Shown piece by piece: positions 25,547 to 39,606 of a DNA stretch of 64,000 bases (positions are counted from its first letter, which is position 1; every line of letters starts with the position of its first letter). Below the pieces are notes generated by a model. That model made no database searches. It was not told the origin of the DNA and saw nothing but the letters and a program-made list of their open reading frames with translations. The position numbers and the translations under genes are program-made. Origin of the DNA: the human T2T-CHM13v2.0 reference genome, Homo sapiens; NCBI RefSeq assembly GCF_009914755.1, contig NC_060926.1; one strand, 5' to 3'.

Positions 25547-27441
25547 ACATAGAAAAAGGGCAAAAAAATTTTACAAGAAAAAAGCAGACTAACAAGTAGG
25601 CCTCCCACAGAGGTAATATTTTTCCTGCTATTATTGTTCATAATTTGCTACTAGACAGAAACAGACACATGACAATGTTCCCTTTGTCTTCCTGAGTACA
25701 TCTGAGAGACATTGGAAAAGTCTAAAAGGGATTCAAAGGCCTAAAGCGTTTCAGCTGACCACTGCAGCCCTATGCCCATACTTGACCCCTCCTCCACCCT
25801 GGCCCACCCCAGCCCCAGGAAATTAGTAGGAATCAGTTGGCATTGCCCTACTACTCAATTTTACAGCATACAAGGACTCCTCCTCAACTTCAAAACTTCC
25901 TTCGGTCATATTGATGGACTTTAGGGTCACAGTTTACTGCAATGAAACAAAGCAAAGATCCTGACACATAGAATGAGTAGAATGGATTTGTGTTTAATCT
26001 GTCCTGCTACACATGCACCCCGGCTGTATAACTACAGTTTCCTTTGAGCTACCAATTCGCAGTTTGGTTTGTAACCTGAGCAAAGGCAAATCTAGAAAGT
26101 GGACTCCTTGAGCCCCCACCCTTCCTTCTGTGCTTCTCTCAAATGAGCCTCTGGTTTCTTTGTGCATATCTGAGAGAAAAAATTAAAAAAGGAAAACCAA
26201 AGAGACAGACTTATAGGAAATCCATGGTCTACAGTTATACTGATGGTGGCCAATCCTCTCCAAAGGCAGGTGGAAGCATGCAGGGCCCCTCCCATGTCAA
26301 TGAGGGATCTGGAAGGTCTGGGGTTCTCAAGAATCTTTCAGTTTTATTTGTTTGCCTTAGCTAGACTAAATCTACACTCCTAAAGCTCCTTTTTGTTTCT
26401 CTAGCTCAGACAGTATAAACCTTTCAGAACAGGAAAGAAAAGGTTAGACAGTTAACAGCTCTGAAAGAGAGGGCTGTTTTGGTAAAGGAAAACCAGAGAC
26501 AATCCGGTCATTCTGCAACTGTTCAGAGAAACAACAAATATGTTAAGGATATTAGTTTAAGATCAGCATGTACGGCAATAAAATTAGTCACTGTCAACAC
26601 TTAACAAAATGATACACTGTAATATAAAGTTTCACATAATACCCAAAACTTATAATGTTCAATATAAAAGGACAATCTATTCATTTTCATTCGTATATAT
26701 ACTGTAATCACGTCTTCATTAAAAACATACAGTATATGTAGACCCACAGATTTAGTAAATAGTTGATATTTTCCTAGTATATAGCATCTTGAAAAAGTTT
26801 TTTTAAAAAAATACAATTAAATAGAAATGGGCACCTAGAAGATTAACTGGCCTTTCCAGAGTCATTTGGGGTTTAACTTAAAGCATCTATGCTAAAAATA
26901 AAAGTATCTTCAAAAACAGACCCTTCAGGAGATATGTAAGCCCCTAAAGAAATTTTTCCCCTCAGGGACTTCTCTTGTCCCCATTTTGGGGTTGGGAGGA
27001 GGAGGGAGTAGGGACTGATACAATCCCAAATCACAAACACTATTTTTTCGACTACAAAAAAGGAACTGTGACTTAATGACCCCAATGTGCATGCTTCCAA
27101 ATGATCACCATGAAAACTACAATTTAAAATTAAACAAACAAAAAAACCAAAAACACAACAAAATCACACACATCACAGGAAGGGCAGGTCGCAGGGATAT
27201 CCTTGCAGCCCTTTTGGAAATTTTCATATGGCCCTGTATCAAAATAGCCTTTGGGCTCCCAGAACTTTCTAGATATGCCCCTGCTCAAGTATGGCAGGAA
27301 GATTCATCTCAGAAGAAGAAAAAGCTAATTTGCAAGTGACTCTGAGGAGCCCTGTATCATGTTGTTAGAGTATTTAAGTACCACACACACAGCTATAGCG
27401 AGAAACAAAGCCAGTTACTCTCTTATCCACTGCGCTGTTAC

Positions 27442-27743
27442 CTGACGCAGATTCCTGGTGACTTTCACATCATGCCAGGCATTATCATTAAACTTTCCAT
27501 TCACAGGCTCCACTAGTGCTTCAAAGGCCCCTGATCCCAAATTAATGACCAGAGAGACAGCTCCATTTTTCAGGGCAAGATTGACATAATCAGCCGATTT
27601 CCCAGTGTGAAGCATCAGTCCATTCCTCTGAAGGGTTTTAAATGACAGAGTTATTTCATCACTGCTGCTTTGAATGGGGTTTTGAGACAAGTCGTAGCAG
27701 AAGTATTCAGATCCTTTGAACGTGGCAATATATTCTTCTTTTC
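27442..27743 (-). CDS. NRXN1: NRXN1-alpha coding exon, N-terminal part of LNS2 domain (G)KEEYIATF...KVTRNLRQ; 302 nt, phase 1 in / phase 0 out
   Basis: Acceptor tgttttcctctag|GAAAAGAA (AG at 27745-27744) and donor CAG|GTAACA (GT at 27441-27440). Open frame is contained in ORF 27415..27786. Confidence 0.97.
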
Positions 27744-27910
27744 CTAGAGGAAAACAGATGATACATACATAAGTAAACAAATACACTATGCAAATCAGCA
27801 GGTCTTAACAGAAACAATAGCTAATCACTCCCCAAATTAACCTGCTTAATTAGATTTCATGACATGAACTCTGTCTCAGTCAAACAGTACTGTACAGGGC
27901 AGTATTTTTT

Positions 27911-28333
27911 AAAAAATTTTATTATTATTATACTTTAAGTTTTAGGGTACATGTGCACAATGTGCAGGTTTGTTACATATGTATACATGTGCCATGTTGG
28001 TGTGCTGCACCCATTAACTCGTCATTTAGCATAACTCATCCTAATGCTATCCCTCTCCCCTCCCCCAACCCCACAACAGTCCCCGGTGTGTGTGATGTTC
28101 CCCTTCCTGTGTTCATGTGTTCTCATTGTTCAATTCCCACCTATGAGTGAGAACATGTGGTGTTTGGTTTTTTGTCCTTGAGATAGTTTGCTGAGAATGA
28201 TGGTTTCCAGCTTCATCACACGTATGTTTATTGCCGCACTATTCACAATAGCAAAGACTTGGAACCAACCCAAATGTCCAACAATGATAGACTGGATTAA
28301 GAAAATGTGGCACATATACACCATGGAATACTA
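27911..28333 (-). mobile_element. Truncated L1PA with a 5' inversion (twin priming)
   Basis: Antisense L1 3' UTR at 27917-28217, sense L1 segment at 28218-28333, flanked by GGCAGTAT(T/G)TTTT. Confidence 0.9.
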
Positions 28334-30069
28334 GGTGGCAGTATGTTTTTAATAAATCTCAACTATTGGGCCATCAACTGCAGTAGCTAAAGCTGACATT
28401 CTTGAAAATTCAATTAATTTTTCAGTATCACTGCAAGAGCTCTGATCAGAGAAAGTAGTTCTGTGATATCTCCAGGGCATGAATCAGGTACCATAAATGC
28501 ATATTGGATGGTTCCACTCTGCTGACAACAATGGATTCCAAGATGTTTTCAACATTCTCTCCATCCAACTGAGGCATTATTTTAATTTTCAGTGAAACAT
28601 TTATGTTCAAAGATCTTTTTCAATGAAGAGACAAACAGTTTTATCATTGAGAGACCATAGAAAATTATCTGGTAAGGAGAAAGGGAAGAAAAAAAGATAG
28701 AATCTGGTCTGGGAGTAAACAGACCTCCTACAGAGCATGTGCATTTTTTATCTCTGGATGGAGGGAGTAGTGATAGAAAGTCTAATGGAGTCAGCTGGAT
28801 TACTGATCTATTCCCTGGTGTAGTCAAGCAGATGGTAGGGCTGGCTGTTATGACACTGGTAAGAATTCTAGCACATCGTCATGGGGATAGCATGTAAATG
28901 AAGTCTCAACATTTTCTACGTATCTTATTCTTTACCAGATTTAGGAGTAACAAGGCGGCTCTCACGAGATGCTAGACAGATCAAACAGAAAGGTGGATAT
29001 TTGGAAAGAACAGTCTTCTCCCACTGATGAGGTGAGTTGAACCAAAGGAAGAATGTAAGCCATAAGACCCCTTGACTTTCTAGGCAGTAATGATGCTGTG
29101 CCAAGAAAAATGAGACAGCATGGTTGGGAATCAGCTTCTGATAAACTATAAACATATAATTATAAACGGTACTGGAGAAACTTAATCTGTCCCACTGGCG
29201 ACATACTATCACTATTATGCCCCCGAGAGGGTTGATACATCAGCAGGTGTTGCATTCTCCCCTGTAACAGGTTTTTAATCTCAGGACTATTTTCATTTGA
29301 TTGTCAAATAACTCACGTCCTGGAATCAGAGCTCAAATCGCTTTCAACGCATCAGTGCCAGATGATCTGCCTTCCTGGATGTAGAAAATGGCCATCAGTG
29401 GCTACAGGTAGTCAAACCATAGCAATAAATATCACGGTGAGCACCTACAGGTATTCACCAGGAATTGAGCCCTGGAATATTAGTCATTGACTACTAGCAA
29501 ATTATTAGCCAAGACTATCAGTCAGACCAAATAATTCTGAGTAAGTCATAGGAAAGACCTCCCAATCTGTAATAGTGAATCCCTCCCATTCAAACGCTCA
29601 GAATATTGGCTGAGCACCTCCCAAGTGTTAAGCCCAGTACCAGTTATTAGAGATAATGAAGTGAACACAATGGACTTAATTCCTGTCTCGGAAAGTTATA
29701 GTCCAGGTGTCTGCTCCCCTGGTCAGTCCAACATGGCAAGTGGTTCAATATTGGGCACAAGTACAACTATATATTACTATTATACTGAGAGGAAAATGTG
29801 GGTCAAAATATGAGTTTGGATTGTAGGTTGGCCACTAGCTGTCACTAGAACAATTATTTGCTTTTCAAATTTTGGTTTCTGAAAATGGTTAGAGATACCA
29901 ATCTTTCAGAATGAATGTGAAGATACAATGAGATAATGTCTGTGCAGACATCTGGTAAAGTTGATACGCTGGTGATAAATAGTCAATGTCTTCCTGCTTG
30001 CCTAATTAATGTGATAAATGTGATAAATCATCTAAAACAAACAACATAAATCGTATGTTATTATGAAAT

Positions 30070-31300
30070 CTAGAATTTTCTCTTTAAGATAAAAAACAGG
30101 ACAAGGATTCCCACTGTCAACATTTATATTCAATGCTACACTTGACATTGTAGCTAATGCAGGAAGACAAGAAAAGTATATGAACATTGTAAAGATTATA
30201 AATGAAGAAAATCATGTGATATAAGCAAATATATTGCACAAATTGAAAGACTAAAATAATCTACAGAAATTATTTGGCTTAATAAGAGACTTTGGAAAGA
30301 ACTTAGAGTTCTGTGTACTAGAGACAATCAATGTTTCAACATATGTAAATAGATTCATAGATTCAATGAAATCCTAATCAAAATCTCAAAAAATTTAAAA
30401 AAACAGGTAAAAAGCTGATTCTTCACAATCTATGAGAAAAAAAAAGAGTCCCAAATAGCCATGATATGCCAGAGAAAGAAGATGAAGTAAGTTGCCTGCG
30501 TAAAGATGGACATTTATTACAAAATTATAGTGCTGAAGAAAATGCATTAGGATAGGTAAAATGAGGAGAATAACGATAATCAAACTTAAAATATTCTTAA
30601 GCATATATGAAAACAATTTACACTGTCAAGCATTTCAGATAAGTGTGCAAAAGATAGATTAGTCAATAAAGGTTACTGGGACAATCAGTTATTCATAAGA
30701 AAAAAGTGAAATTGGATCTTTACATCCTTTGTTCACAAAAATCAATTCTACATGGATGCCCGATTTAATTTAGAGAGGCAATCTGTGAAAACTTGTCAGA
30801 CAATAAAGTTCGATATGGAAGAATGGAAGGACTTCTAAAATTAGCATAAAGGCACTAATAAATATTGATACACTCATCTACATTAAAATTAACAATGCTG
30901 GGTCATCAATAATACCATAGAGTAAGAAGTTAAATAACAATTTTGGAGAAAATATTTTCACTTCCTATTAATCAACAAAGGATTATAATCCAGAATATGC
31001 CAAGCACCTCAGCGAATCAATACAAAAATAAAGACAACCAATGAAGAACACACACAAAAGAAATGTAATTTCATGGAAAAACAGATATGTATTGCTTATG
31101 AATAATGAACAGATATTCATTCCTATTAGTATTCAGGAAATGGTAAAAATCAAACTACATTCAGATACCATTTCATAGCCATGAAATTGACATAAAACGA
31201 AAAGAAAAGAGAATAATTCCACATTTTGCCAAGGCTACCGAAAGTCATTCTTATATACTGCTGATGCTGATAAGATAAAAATTGACCAACTGTAATAAGT
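30070..31300 (+). mobile_element. Ancient L1M ORF2 remnant
   Basis: Degenerate L1 ORF2 motifs (acaaggat.cccact, attcaatgaaatcctaatcaaaatc, agataccattt). Confidence 0.65.
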
Positions 31301-31481
31301 TTCTTTTGGCATTATGCAATCCCATGGGAATTTCACATATTACAAAGAACTTGGGTCTCAGTCCTTAGAAAATAGTTAACCAGGATCAGTTAACTAAACA
31401 TTTGCCAATTCCTTCAACTCATTTGTCATTGCTTATTGTTCTGCTCATTTGATGATAGGTAGTCAAGTGGGTTCTGGTTCA

Positions 31482-31485
<4 letters not shown>

Positions 31486-31517
<32 letters not shown>
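31486..31517. repeat. (TG)16 microsatellite
   Basis: Direct reading. Confidence 0.95.
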
Positions 31518-31524
<7 letters not shown>

Positions 31525-31534
31525 ACTAATAATT

Positions 31535-31736
31535 ATATATGAAAACAATTTATATTGTCTGGCATTGCAGGTAAGTTAGCAAAAGATACAGAGGTTACTA
31601 AAGGTTGCTGGGACTATTGGTTATCTATAAGAGAAAAATGAAATTGGATCTTTACATCCTTTTGTTTCCCAGAATCAATTCTACATGATGAAGGATTTAA
31701 TTTAGAGAGGCAATCTATGAAAGCTTTTGTCAGACA
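31535..31736 (+). repeat. Diverged direct duplicate of 30603-30802
   Basis: Shared blocks atatatgaaaacaattta, gcaaaagata, tgaaattggatctttacatccttt, aatcaattctacatg, gatttaatttagagaggcaatct and ttgtcagaca. Confidence 0.85.
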
Positions 31737-31738
31737 CA

Positions 31739-31740
<2 letters not shown>

Positions 31741-31769
<29 letters not shown>
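31741..31769. repeat. (CA)14 microsatellite
   Basis: Direct reading. Confidence 0.95.
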
Positions 31770-31772
<3 letters not shown>

Positions 31773-32894
31773 AGATCCACTTATCTGAATATGGTATTTG
31801 CAAAATTTTACATTCCCACTGAATAAGTAGATCTCTGAGTCAGCAGGAGCCTTAAAGACAATCCTGCAGCCCAACCCATTAATTTACATTATTAAGAAAG
31901 CGAGGCTCATGGAGTTTATATGACCCTCAAATTCATAAAATGTGACAGTAACAGAAGTGGGACTAGGATTCAGACTACTAATCCAGATACTGTCTAACAT
32001 GCCACGACACCTGTGTGTCAGACAGAAGTGATATATAGCATTGTGAAAGAAAGAAAAAAAGAGAAAAAAAACTGTTTGTGAAGATATGTCTTAGTAAGAA
32101 AATAATAACTGTGTTTTAGTCTACTTAGTTTAAAAGAGCAGGTAATATATTAAGAAAGATTCCACTTAGATAACTAAATTATAAAGTTTTGGAGCTTGAA
32201 GAGTTTTGGTCCAGTAAGAAGGCTGTAGAATTTTATCCAAGATATCTTGTATCATTCCAAATCTGCATAACTCAGAATAAATCTCAACAAAGGTTTTGTT
32301 TGCCAGATAATGTGGCATACCCAAGGGGTTAAATAATAAACAGTTTGCAATTCACTATGTAATAAACTTTGAAGTTATATGGGTGTTGATGTATTTTTAA
32401 CACTATGATATTCCCCTTACTTAAAAATGAAAATATATCATTTCTTTTGTATTGTTTAATTCCAAATTTAAGTAATTCAAATTTACATTAAAGGCAACCA
32501 CATAGTTTTGGAAAAAATTCAGTCTGTGGAATATGCAATTACCTTAAAATGTCATAAATGGGACATAAATCTAAGCAGGGAAAATATTTCTTCCTATGTT
32601 CTTTTTCATGAAAGAACATATATACTACATGAAAATACAAAAATCACTTTTTCACAATATATAAGAATATTATGTTTCATCTAATCATTTGCTACCTTAC
32701 AATCTTTGTAAGTAAGCTTTGTGCTATTCTATAAACAAATACTAAGCAGCAGAGTGTTTACATATGTGTTTCTGCTGAACACTTAAAGAATAAGTCTACG
32801 TCCATTTTTAAATACAAGTCCCAAATAACTTTTGCATTTCTACTATGTGCTAAAACAACGAAAATGAAAAAGAAATTAGACCCAAAGCCACGTA

Positions 32895-33760
32895 AATGTC
32901 AATAAATACTTATATCTAGGATACAAAGAGACCTCTTACAAATCAATAACAACAACAACAAAAAACAAAAACGCAACACAAGCCAATGGGAAAAAAATGA
33001 TAAAGTAGTTGAACAGACATTAAAGTATAAAAGGCTATCTTCAAAGAAATGCAAACTAAACCATAATGAAATAACAGCACACTCCACAGAATGAATAAAA
33101 TGAAAAATACAAAAAAATCCAGTGTCAGTGAGGATGTGGGGCAACTAGAACTCTCATACATTATTGGTAGGAACTATTTTGTGAAATTGTTTGGCATTCT
33201 CTTTTAAAGCTGAACTTGGGCCTACCCTATGATCCACCAATTCCACTCATAAGCATATATCCAACAAAAAATACACATATCATCAGAATAGCATACTAGA
33301 ATGTTTACAGTGTTACCCTGCATAAATTATCTAAAACTTAACACTACTGAAATAACAACCAATAATAGAATGGATAAATTTCAGTATAGTCACACAATAG
33401 AATATTAAATAACAATGTGAATCTATGAGCTGCAACTGCAACAGAAATACAGATAAATCTCACAATAATAATGTTTAGCTAAAAAAAATGCCTGACACAA
33501 AAGAGAACATAGTTCTGATTCCATTTATATAAAAAATTTAAAAACATGCATAACTAGCCTCTGTTGTTGTAAATCAAGACAGTGGCTATGCTTGGTAGAG
33601 ATGGAGAGGGGATAGTAGTGAGGAGAACTCTTGGGGTACAATTAATGTTGTTCTTGATTTAAGGGTTGCCTATGGGTGTGCTAAGCGTGTGAAAAATTAA
33701 TTTACCTGGACATTTATGCTACATTTATCAGCATAAATACTATATTTCAATAAAATGTTT
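32895..33760 (+). mobile_element. Old L1 (L1ME/MC-like) 3' region
   Basis: gaggatgtggggcaactagaactctcatac, ccctatgatccaccaattccactc, gattccatttatat. Confidence 0.75.
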
Positions 33761-36700
33761 GAATAATCTGGATGATTAAGCATAAAATGAATTTGTCTGA
33801 TGAAGTATTTTCTTCCTGATTAATAAGATGATATGAGAAGACACTATTCCTATTAATGCTACTGTTAATAGTAAAAGCTAAAATAAAGCCAATAGTAATA
33901 ATTTCAATTGTCACTTTTTAAAACTTTTCAATGAATATTAATATCCTTTAATTACCATTTGCTCTTAAGAGTAATCTCTCAAGATTTAAAAAATATATAT
34001 ATACGCTGCTTGGTAGTAATTGTTTGAAGATCCATATCTTAAATGTGTTGATTAATGGATTGATATCAAGATGAAAAGAGCCTCTATTTCTAGCCACAGC
34101 AATGTTATGATAAAATTGGGAAAAAGTAATATTTAAAAATTTGAAGCATCTTTCCAATAGTCTACAACAATTGATTTTATGTTGCCACACAGTTGGAGGA
34201 AAATATTTAAGAGTCTGCCATGGGATTTCAGTCCCATTCCATATCCGACACACTATAACTTAGAAGAAAATTCACAGTTCTTGCTCATCTAATTTTCTGA
34301 GAGTAAGCTCAACTTTAAGATTTTTTTGATATAAAAACAAACTTCTTATAGAAAAAAAAGTTAACCATTACTGAACCACTTCATTGGATGTTGTAGAAGG
34401 TGTTCAGTCCTTAGATGGTAGATTGAACAAATGGATTGGTTTCAACACCAAGAATCACTGATTTCTACTTTACGGGAAAAAAAATGTTAAACAAAGATAG
34501 GTTAAATGACTTCCTAAGTTCACACAAAAATTGATTCTCAGGACAATGCTCCTTTGCATTACCAGTGCATAGAATATAATCTCATTAATTTGACCCAATG
34601 CCTCTGTATCTTCTAACTTCACTGAACTTCTTCACCAAATAAATAATCTGCAAGGAAATTACCCTACATCCTAAAGACAAGGATGCCTGCGGGCAGAACG
34701 AAGTCCCACTGTCCCCAGTTACATGAAGAATGTCAAGTCATTTTTGTATGCCAAAAAACTAGCCAATATTATTATTCTTGATTATATTGCTTTTCATACA
34801 TATAATCCCAAATCACACAGGTTGGAAGGTTTTACTATAGTTATATGATTCAAAGATTATGTTCAACATAAACCAGAAACTAAAATCAATATATGAAAAA
34901 ACAAATGAATGAAAAAAGATATTTGGGTGAGAGCCCTGCTTCATTTATTTTTCTATTCTAGAAGTCAAATACACAAAAATATTGTGCCAAAAACATCCTT
35001 GACCAAGCAGATGTACACATTAGAAGTCTGCATTATTAAAACAAATAAGCCAGGCTGTCTCTGCTATAAGATAAAACAACTTTAGAAAAGCAGAAAAGGA
35101 AAGTCTGCTTATTGAAATTCATATCAAATTAAATCCTCAGTCCTTAAGAAATTTACTATTATCTTATTTGCCACGAACTGTGTAACTGAGAAATTAAAAC
35201 AATAAATTGATTATTACAAGTAAAAATCACATTACTTTCAAGGGAGAGTAGTTCACTCATTAGATTTTCTACGTAATATATGTTGTAAAATATTCTAAAA
35301 TTACCAACTATTTTTCAACATATGTAAATTCTGAGTCTAACTTCTCTTGTTCTGCAGCGAGTAATCAAGATTTATAAAATATTCACTCTTCAAGACTTAT
35401 CTCACTTAGGTAAACCTCGAGACCAATCCAGAAATAAATTGCCAAGCTTCTATCAAATAATTCAAAAGGAGACCCAGGACTCTTGATGATACACTTGAAG
35501 TCACTAAATATGAAAGGTAAGTTAGACTTAGACATTATTTAGTCCAGTGCCTTCATTTATTAGATGAACAGTGTCAGGGCCCAACAGACAAAACTATGGT
35601 CACATAACTAACTGAGGAAAAGTCAGAATATAATCCTTGCCCTCTTGATAACAGTCTCAGGTTCTTCCTAATTTCTAGATATTGCCATAAAATGAGCTTC
35701 TAATTCATTACCAAAAACTAAATGCAGCTTAAATTTGAGGATATTTCTGCAAAAGAAAATAGGACATGTTCCAAAACTCTAGTACGATAATTTTCCAATC
35801 TTATTGTGCAATTGATTTGCATTTGTTAAAATAACCAAAGGTGCTGAGAACCAAACAGGCCATTCTGTGTCTGGCTGGACTGACTAGTCAGTTCTACATA
35901 TAAAATGAGACACACAGGGAAAGGAATGAACAAATGATCCTGGAATTCATTAGGTGTGCAACATTTCAATTTCTGGGACTGACTCAGATTCAAGTACCTA
36001 CAATGTAATCTATAAGAACTAGATGCTGTATCTTTTAACCTGAAGAAAATCATTAACACAATCAAAATTAAAAGTAGCTTCATGAATATGGACTTTATAA
36101 AGATTCTCTGCAAGAAATTTGAAAATTTCTGGGTGCCAATTAATGATTACTTAATAAATAAGTAAATTATAATAATGCTATTATATTCAAGGAGATGTAT
36201 AGGTATTTTGTATTTATAAACAGTCCTCATTTATGAAATGGATATGAAGTAAATAAATTTAACTATGAAATCATCTTATTACCGACTTGGTCAAGGCAAT
36301 ATATTCTGAGCAATTTATCTATTTAACCAAACCCCAAAGAATAGCCAATTGCTTCTTTCTCCCTAGAATCAGACTGGGGTGGTCTGTAACTCTAAAAATC
36401 TATAATTTAATTTATGCAAATATTGTGGCCATCTTGTAAGCTGTTCTAAATTATAGAATGTATTTTTTTAATATACACAGATGATAGCATCTTGGAAGGC
36501 AAGAGCAGAGGAAAGGAGAATTTTCACAGGGAAGAAGAAAGAGTTGGTGAAAGTGAAATTGCTTTAACAAAATAATGATCTCTATACCTCCTTCTCGAAC
36601 TGTGGTTTGAAGGACAGTATCATCAGCATTACTTGGAGCTTGTGAGAAATTTAGAATTTCAAGGCCCCCTCGACCCCAACTTACTGGTGCAAACTCTGTA

Positions 36701-37859
36701 TTGTAACCCGATCCCCAAGGTGATTCTAGTGTACATTAAAGTGTGAGAGTCTTGTTATGAATGGATTCTTATAGTGCTGCAATTTAGAACATCTTTTAAG
36801 AATTATAAAGACAATTTTGTGTCTCTTGTATCTGAAATAAGTATTAAAGGCAAAATATATATTGATATCATGGCACTGTTCTTAAGGAATTAACATCCAG
36901 ATGAATTATTTTGCATCTTTTCATTGGAAATAAAAAGCCCGGGGCTGGGTGGCGGGCGAAAGAATCAGAGAGCTCTGATCAGTGTGTAGATGTATCAATA
37001 TCTATTTAATATGTACTCCAGCAGAGAGTCCAGGCTTTAAATCATTGGAAGCAATCTCTCAATTTTTATTCTCAACATGTTTCACCTTTAGGCAATATTA
37101 CAATAAAATTCTCTGTGGGTTTGTAAACTTAGTGCCACTCTTCTGGATAAATGTAAAGGGTGTATAACTCCTGGTATATTCTAACAAGTCATCATTATTG
37201 GTGAATATACTTAACAAGTTTCATGCAACTGCATTTACGGTTCTCCCTAGAAATGTCTTTGTTCATACACTGCTGCAACTGAAAACTATCATGCATTCTG
37301 GATGTAAACTGATTCAATGAAAACAAATGGGCCTGGGCTGTCACATTTCCACTTACTATAGTCAAGTGAACTTGGAACATTTTAAAGTTAGTAACACTTA
37401 GAAATGCAAGAAATATATACTGCTAACTCAAAGTATCCTATGTTTTAAAAAAGAATGACAGTTTTTTAAAAGAAAGAAAAAAAACTAAAATTATCTTGAT
37501 ATCCCCAGCACATTAAGTAGAGGAGAGGGTAATAAATATGTGATAAGTGTAATGAGAAATCATGCTGGATGGGAAGAAATGTACTTTTGTAACTCCATCC
37601 ATTCGTGTGCTTCATAGAAGGCTTGACCAAGGCTTTTTGGTTTATTTTGTTTTGTTTTTTTTTTCAGATGGAATGCTACTTTGTTATTAAAATAATGCAA
37701 AGAAGTAGGTCAGTATACACTAAAATCAGTATAAAATAAGAACACTTGAATTGTTGCATACCATTCTTCACAGTAGGAGCACAAGAGAAGGAACACTGAA
37801 AACCTATGGCATATCTTTGATTTCAACACAGAAAGAGCATAGAATCCAAAGGTTTAACA

Positions 37860-38410
37860 CATGCAAATCCCCTATTCTAGATATTAGAAATACAACAGTA
37901 AATAAGGCTCTCAGGGTCTCCACTCTCATCAAACCAGTGATGGAGAGATAACCATAAGTGAGTCAAGTATAAGTGAGTTATATGTGAAACTGAGCAAGCA
38001 AAAGAGTGCAATGAGGGTGTGCAATAACTGAGCAGGGAAGTTGATTTAGATGATTGGGGAAGCTTTATGAGACAATGATGATTAAATTGAGATCTTAATG
38101 CTGAGGAACCACTTGTGGGAAGATCTGGACAAAGAATAGAAAGAATAGGAAAAAATCCAGTGAGCATTGAGCACAGTGACACTGGGGCAATGTGGGAATA
38201 CAATGAAATCAGAGCTGTGGGATGGGGCTATGTCATGTAAGTCCTTCTAAATTTTGGGCAAACTCTTTGATTTTATTCGATGCACAATGGGAAGCTACTA
38301 GAGTTTTATAGTTAGGGGAATGACATGGTTTGATTTACATCTCAAAAATATAACTCTGTCTATTGTGTGGAAAATAAACTCTGCGTAGGCATGGAAGTGA
38401 CAGCAGTGAG
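37860..38410 (-). mobile_element. L2 remnant
   Basis: aatgggaagcta.tagagtttt...gaatgacatg.tttgattta pattern. Confidence 0.6.
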
Positions 38411-39291
38411 TCCAACATTTATGAAGTTATAGAACATAGGAGTACGGGCTATGAAATTATACATATCTGGGTTCAAATCCCACTCACATGAGCAGTTGGG
38501 TAAATAATCACCTTAAAGTCTTAGTTTTCTTGTCAGTAAATGAAGACAATAATACTAGGATCTATTTTATAGGGTAGTTGTAAGGATTAAACAATATATG
38601 CATAATAAGCTTTTTAAAGACTGTCAATCCATGGGATATATTTGTGGAATATAAACAGAATATTTATGTATATATGTTATATTTCTTCATCTACTGCTTT
38701 TAACCATTAAGTTACTTCTTTTCCCCATCTCTTAATATCTTGGGCAGAATCACTGAATTTGTGGTCACTTTTGGTTTTTAAAAGTTTGGGCTAATTTATA
38801 AGTTAATCATGTCATCATTTTTAGTTGAAGTGGAGGAGGAAGATGTAGTATGCCTCTAGGTGTCTTACCATCACCGCCCCCTCAAGACCTGGCCCTTCCA
38901 GTTTATTGGGAAGGAGCTGATGAGGGGAAGAGAAAAGAGCAGTGGTTATTCATATAGTCCTCTTTCTGTGGGCTGTACCTGCTTCTCTGGTTCACCCTTA
39001 CTGACCTCTGCTGCCCTTCATGCAGTAGACTCATGAGTGCTCCATGTGACTTCCCAACAGCAGTCAACAACATGAGAGAAATTCATCTGTCTCATCCCCC
39101 AGCTCATCTCCCAGCTCTAACCTTCACACAACACCCCATAGCATCTGGCTGCTCTAATCCCCTGGCCCAGCTAGTGGCCTTCTTGTGAGTAATACCGGCT
39201 AGGTGGCTCAAGCCAAAGACTCAAAGGGATATCTCCTTTACTGATGCCTGTGGGCATTCTGGCTGCACCGAATGTTGCTGGTACAGATTAA

Positions 39292-39606
<315 letters not shown>

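Noticed and set aside
29317-29401. Possible minus-strand cryptic exon with donor GAC|GTGAGT
   Set aside because: The upstream acceptor has a poor pyrimidine tract; such donor hits are expected by chance.
31486-31775. Identification as MIR8485, the CA-repeat miRNA reported in an NRXN1 intron
   Set aside because: The loop is far too long for a pre-miRNA, and the CA arm ends in CGAGAG rather than the CGTAT I recall for the mature sequence.
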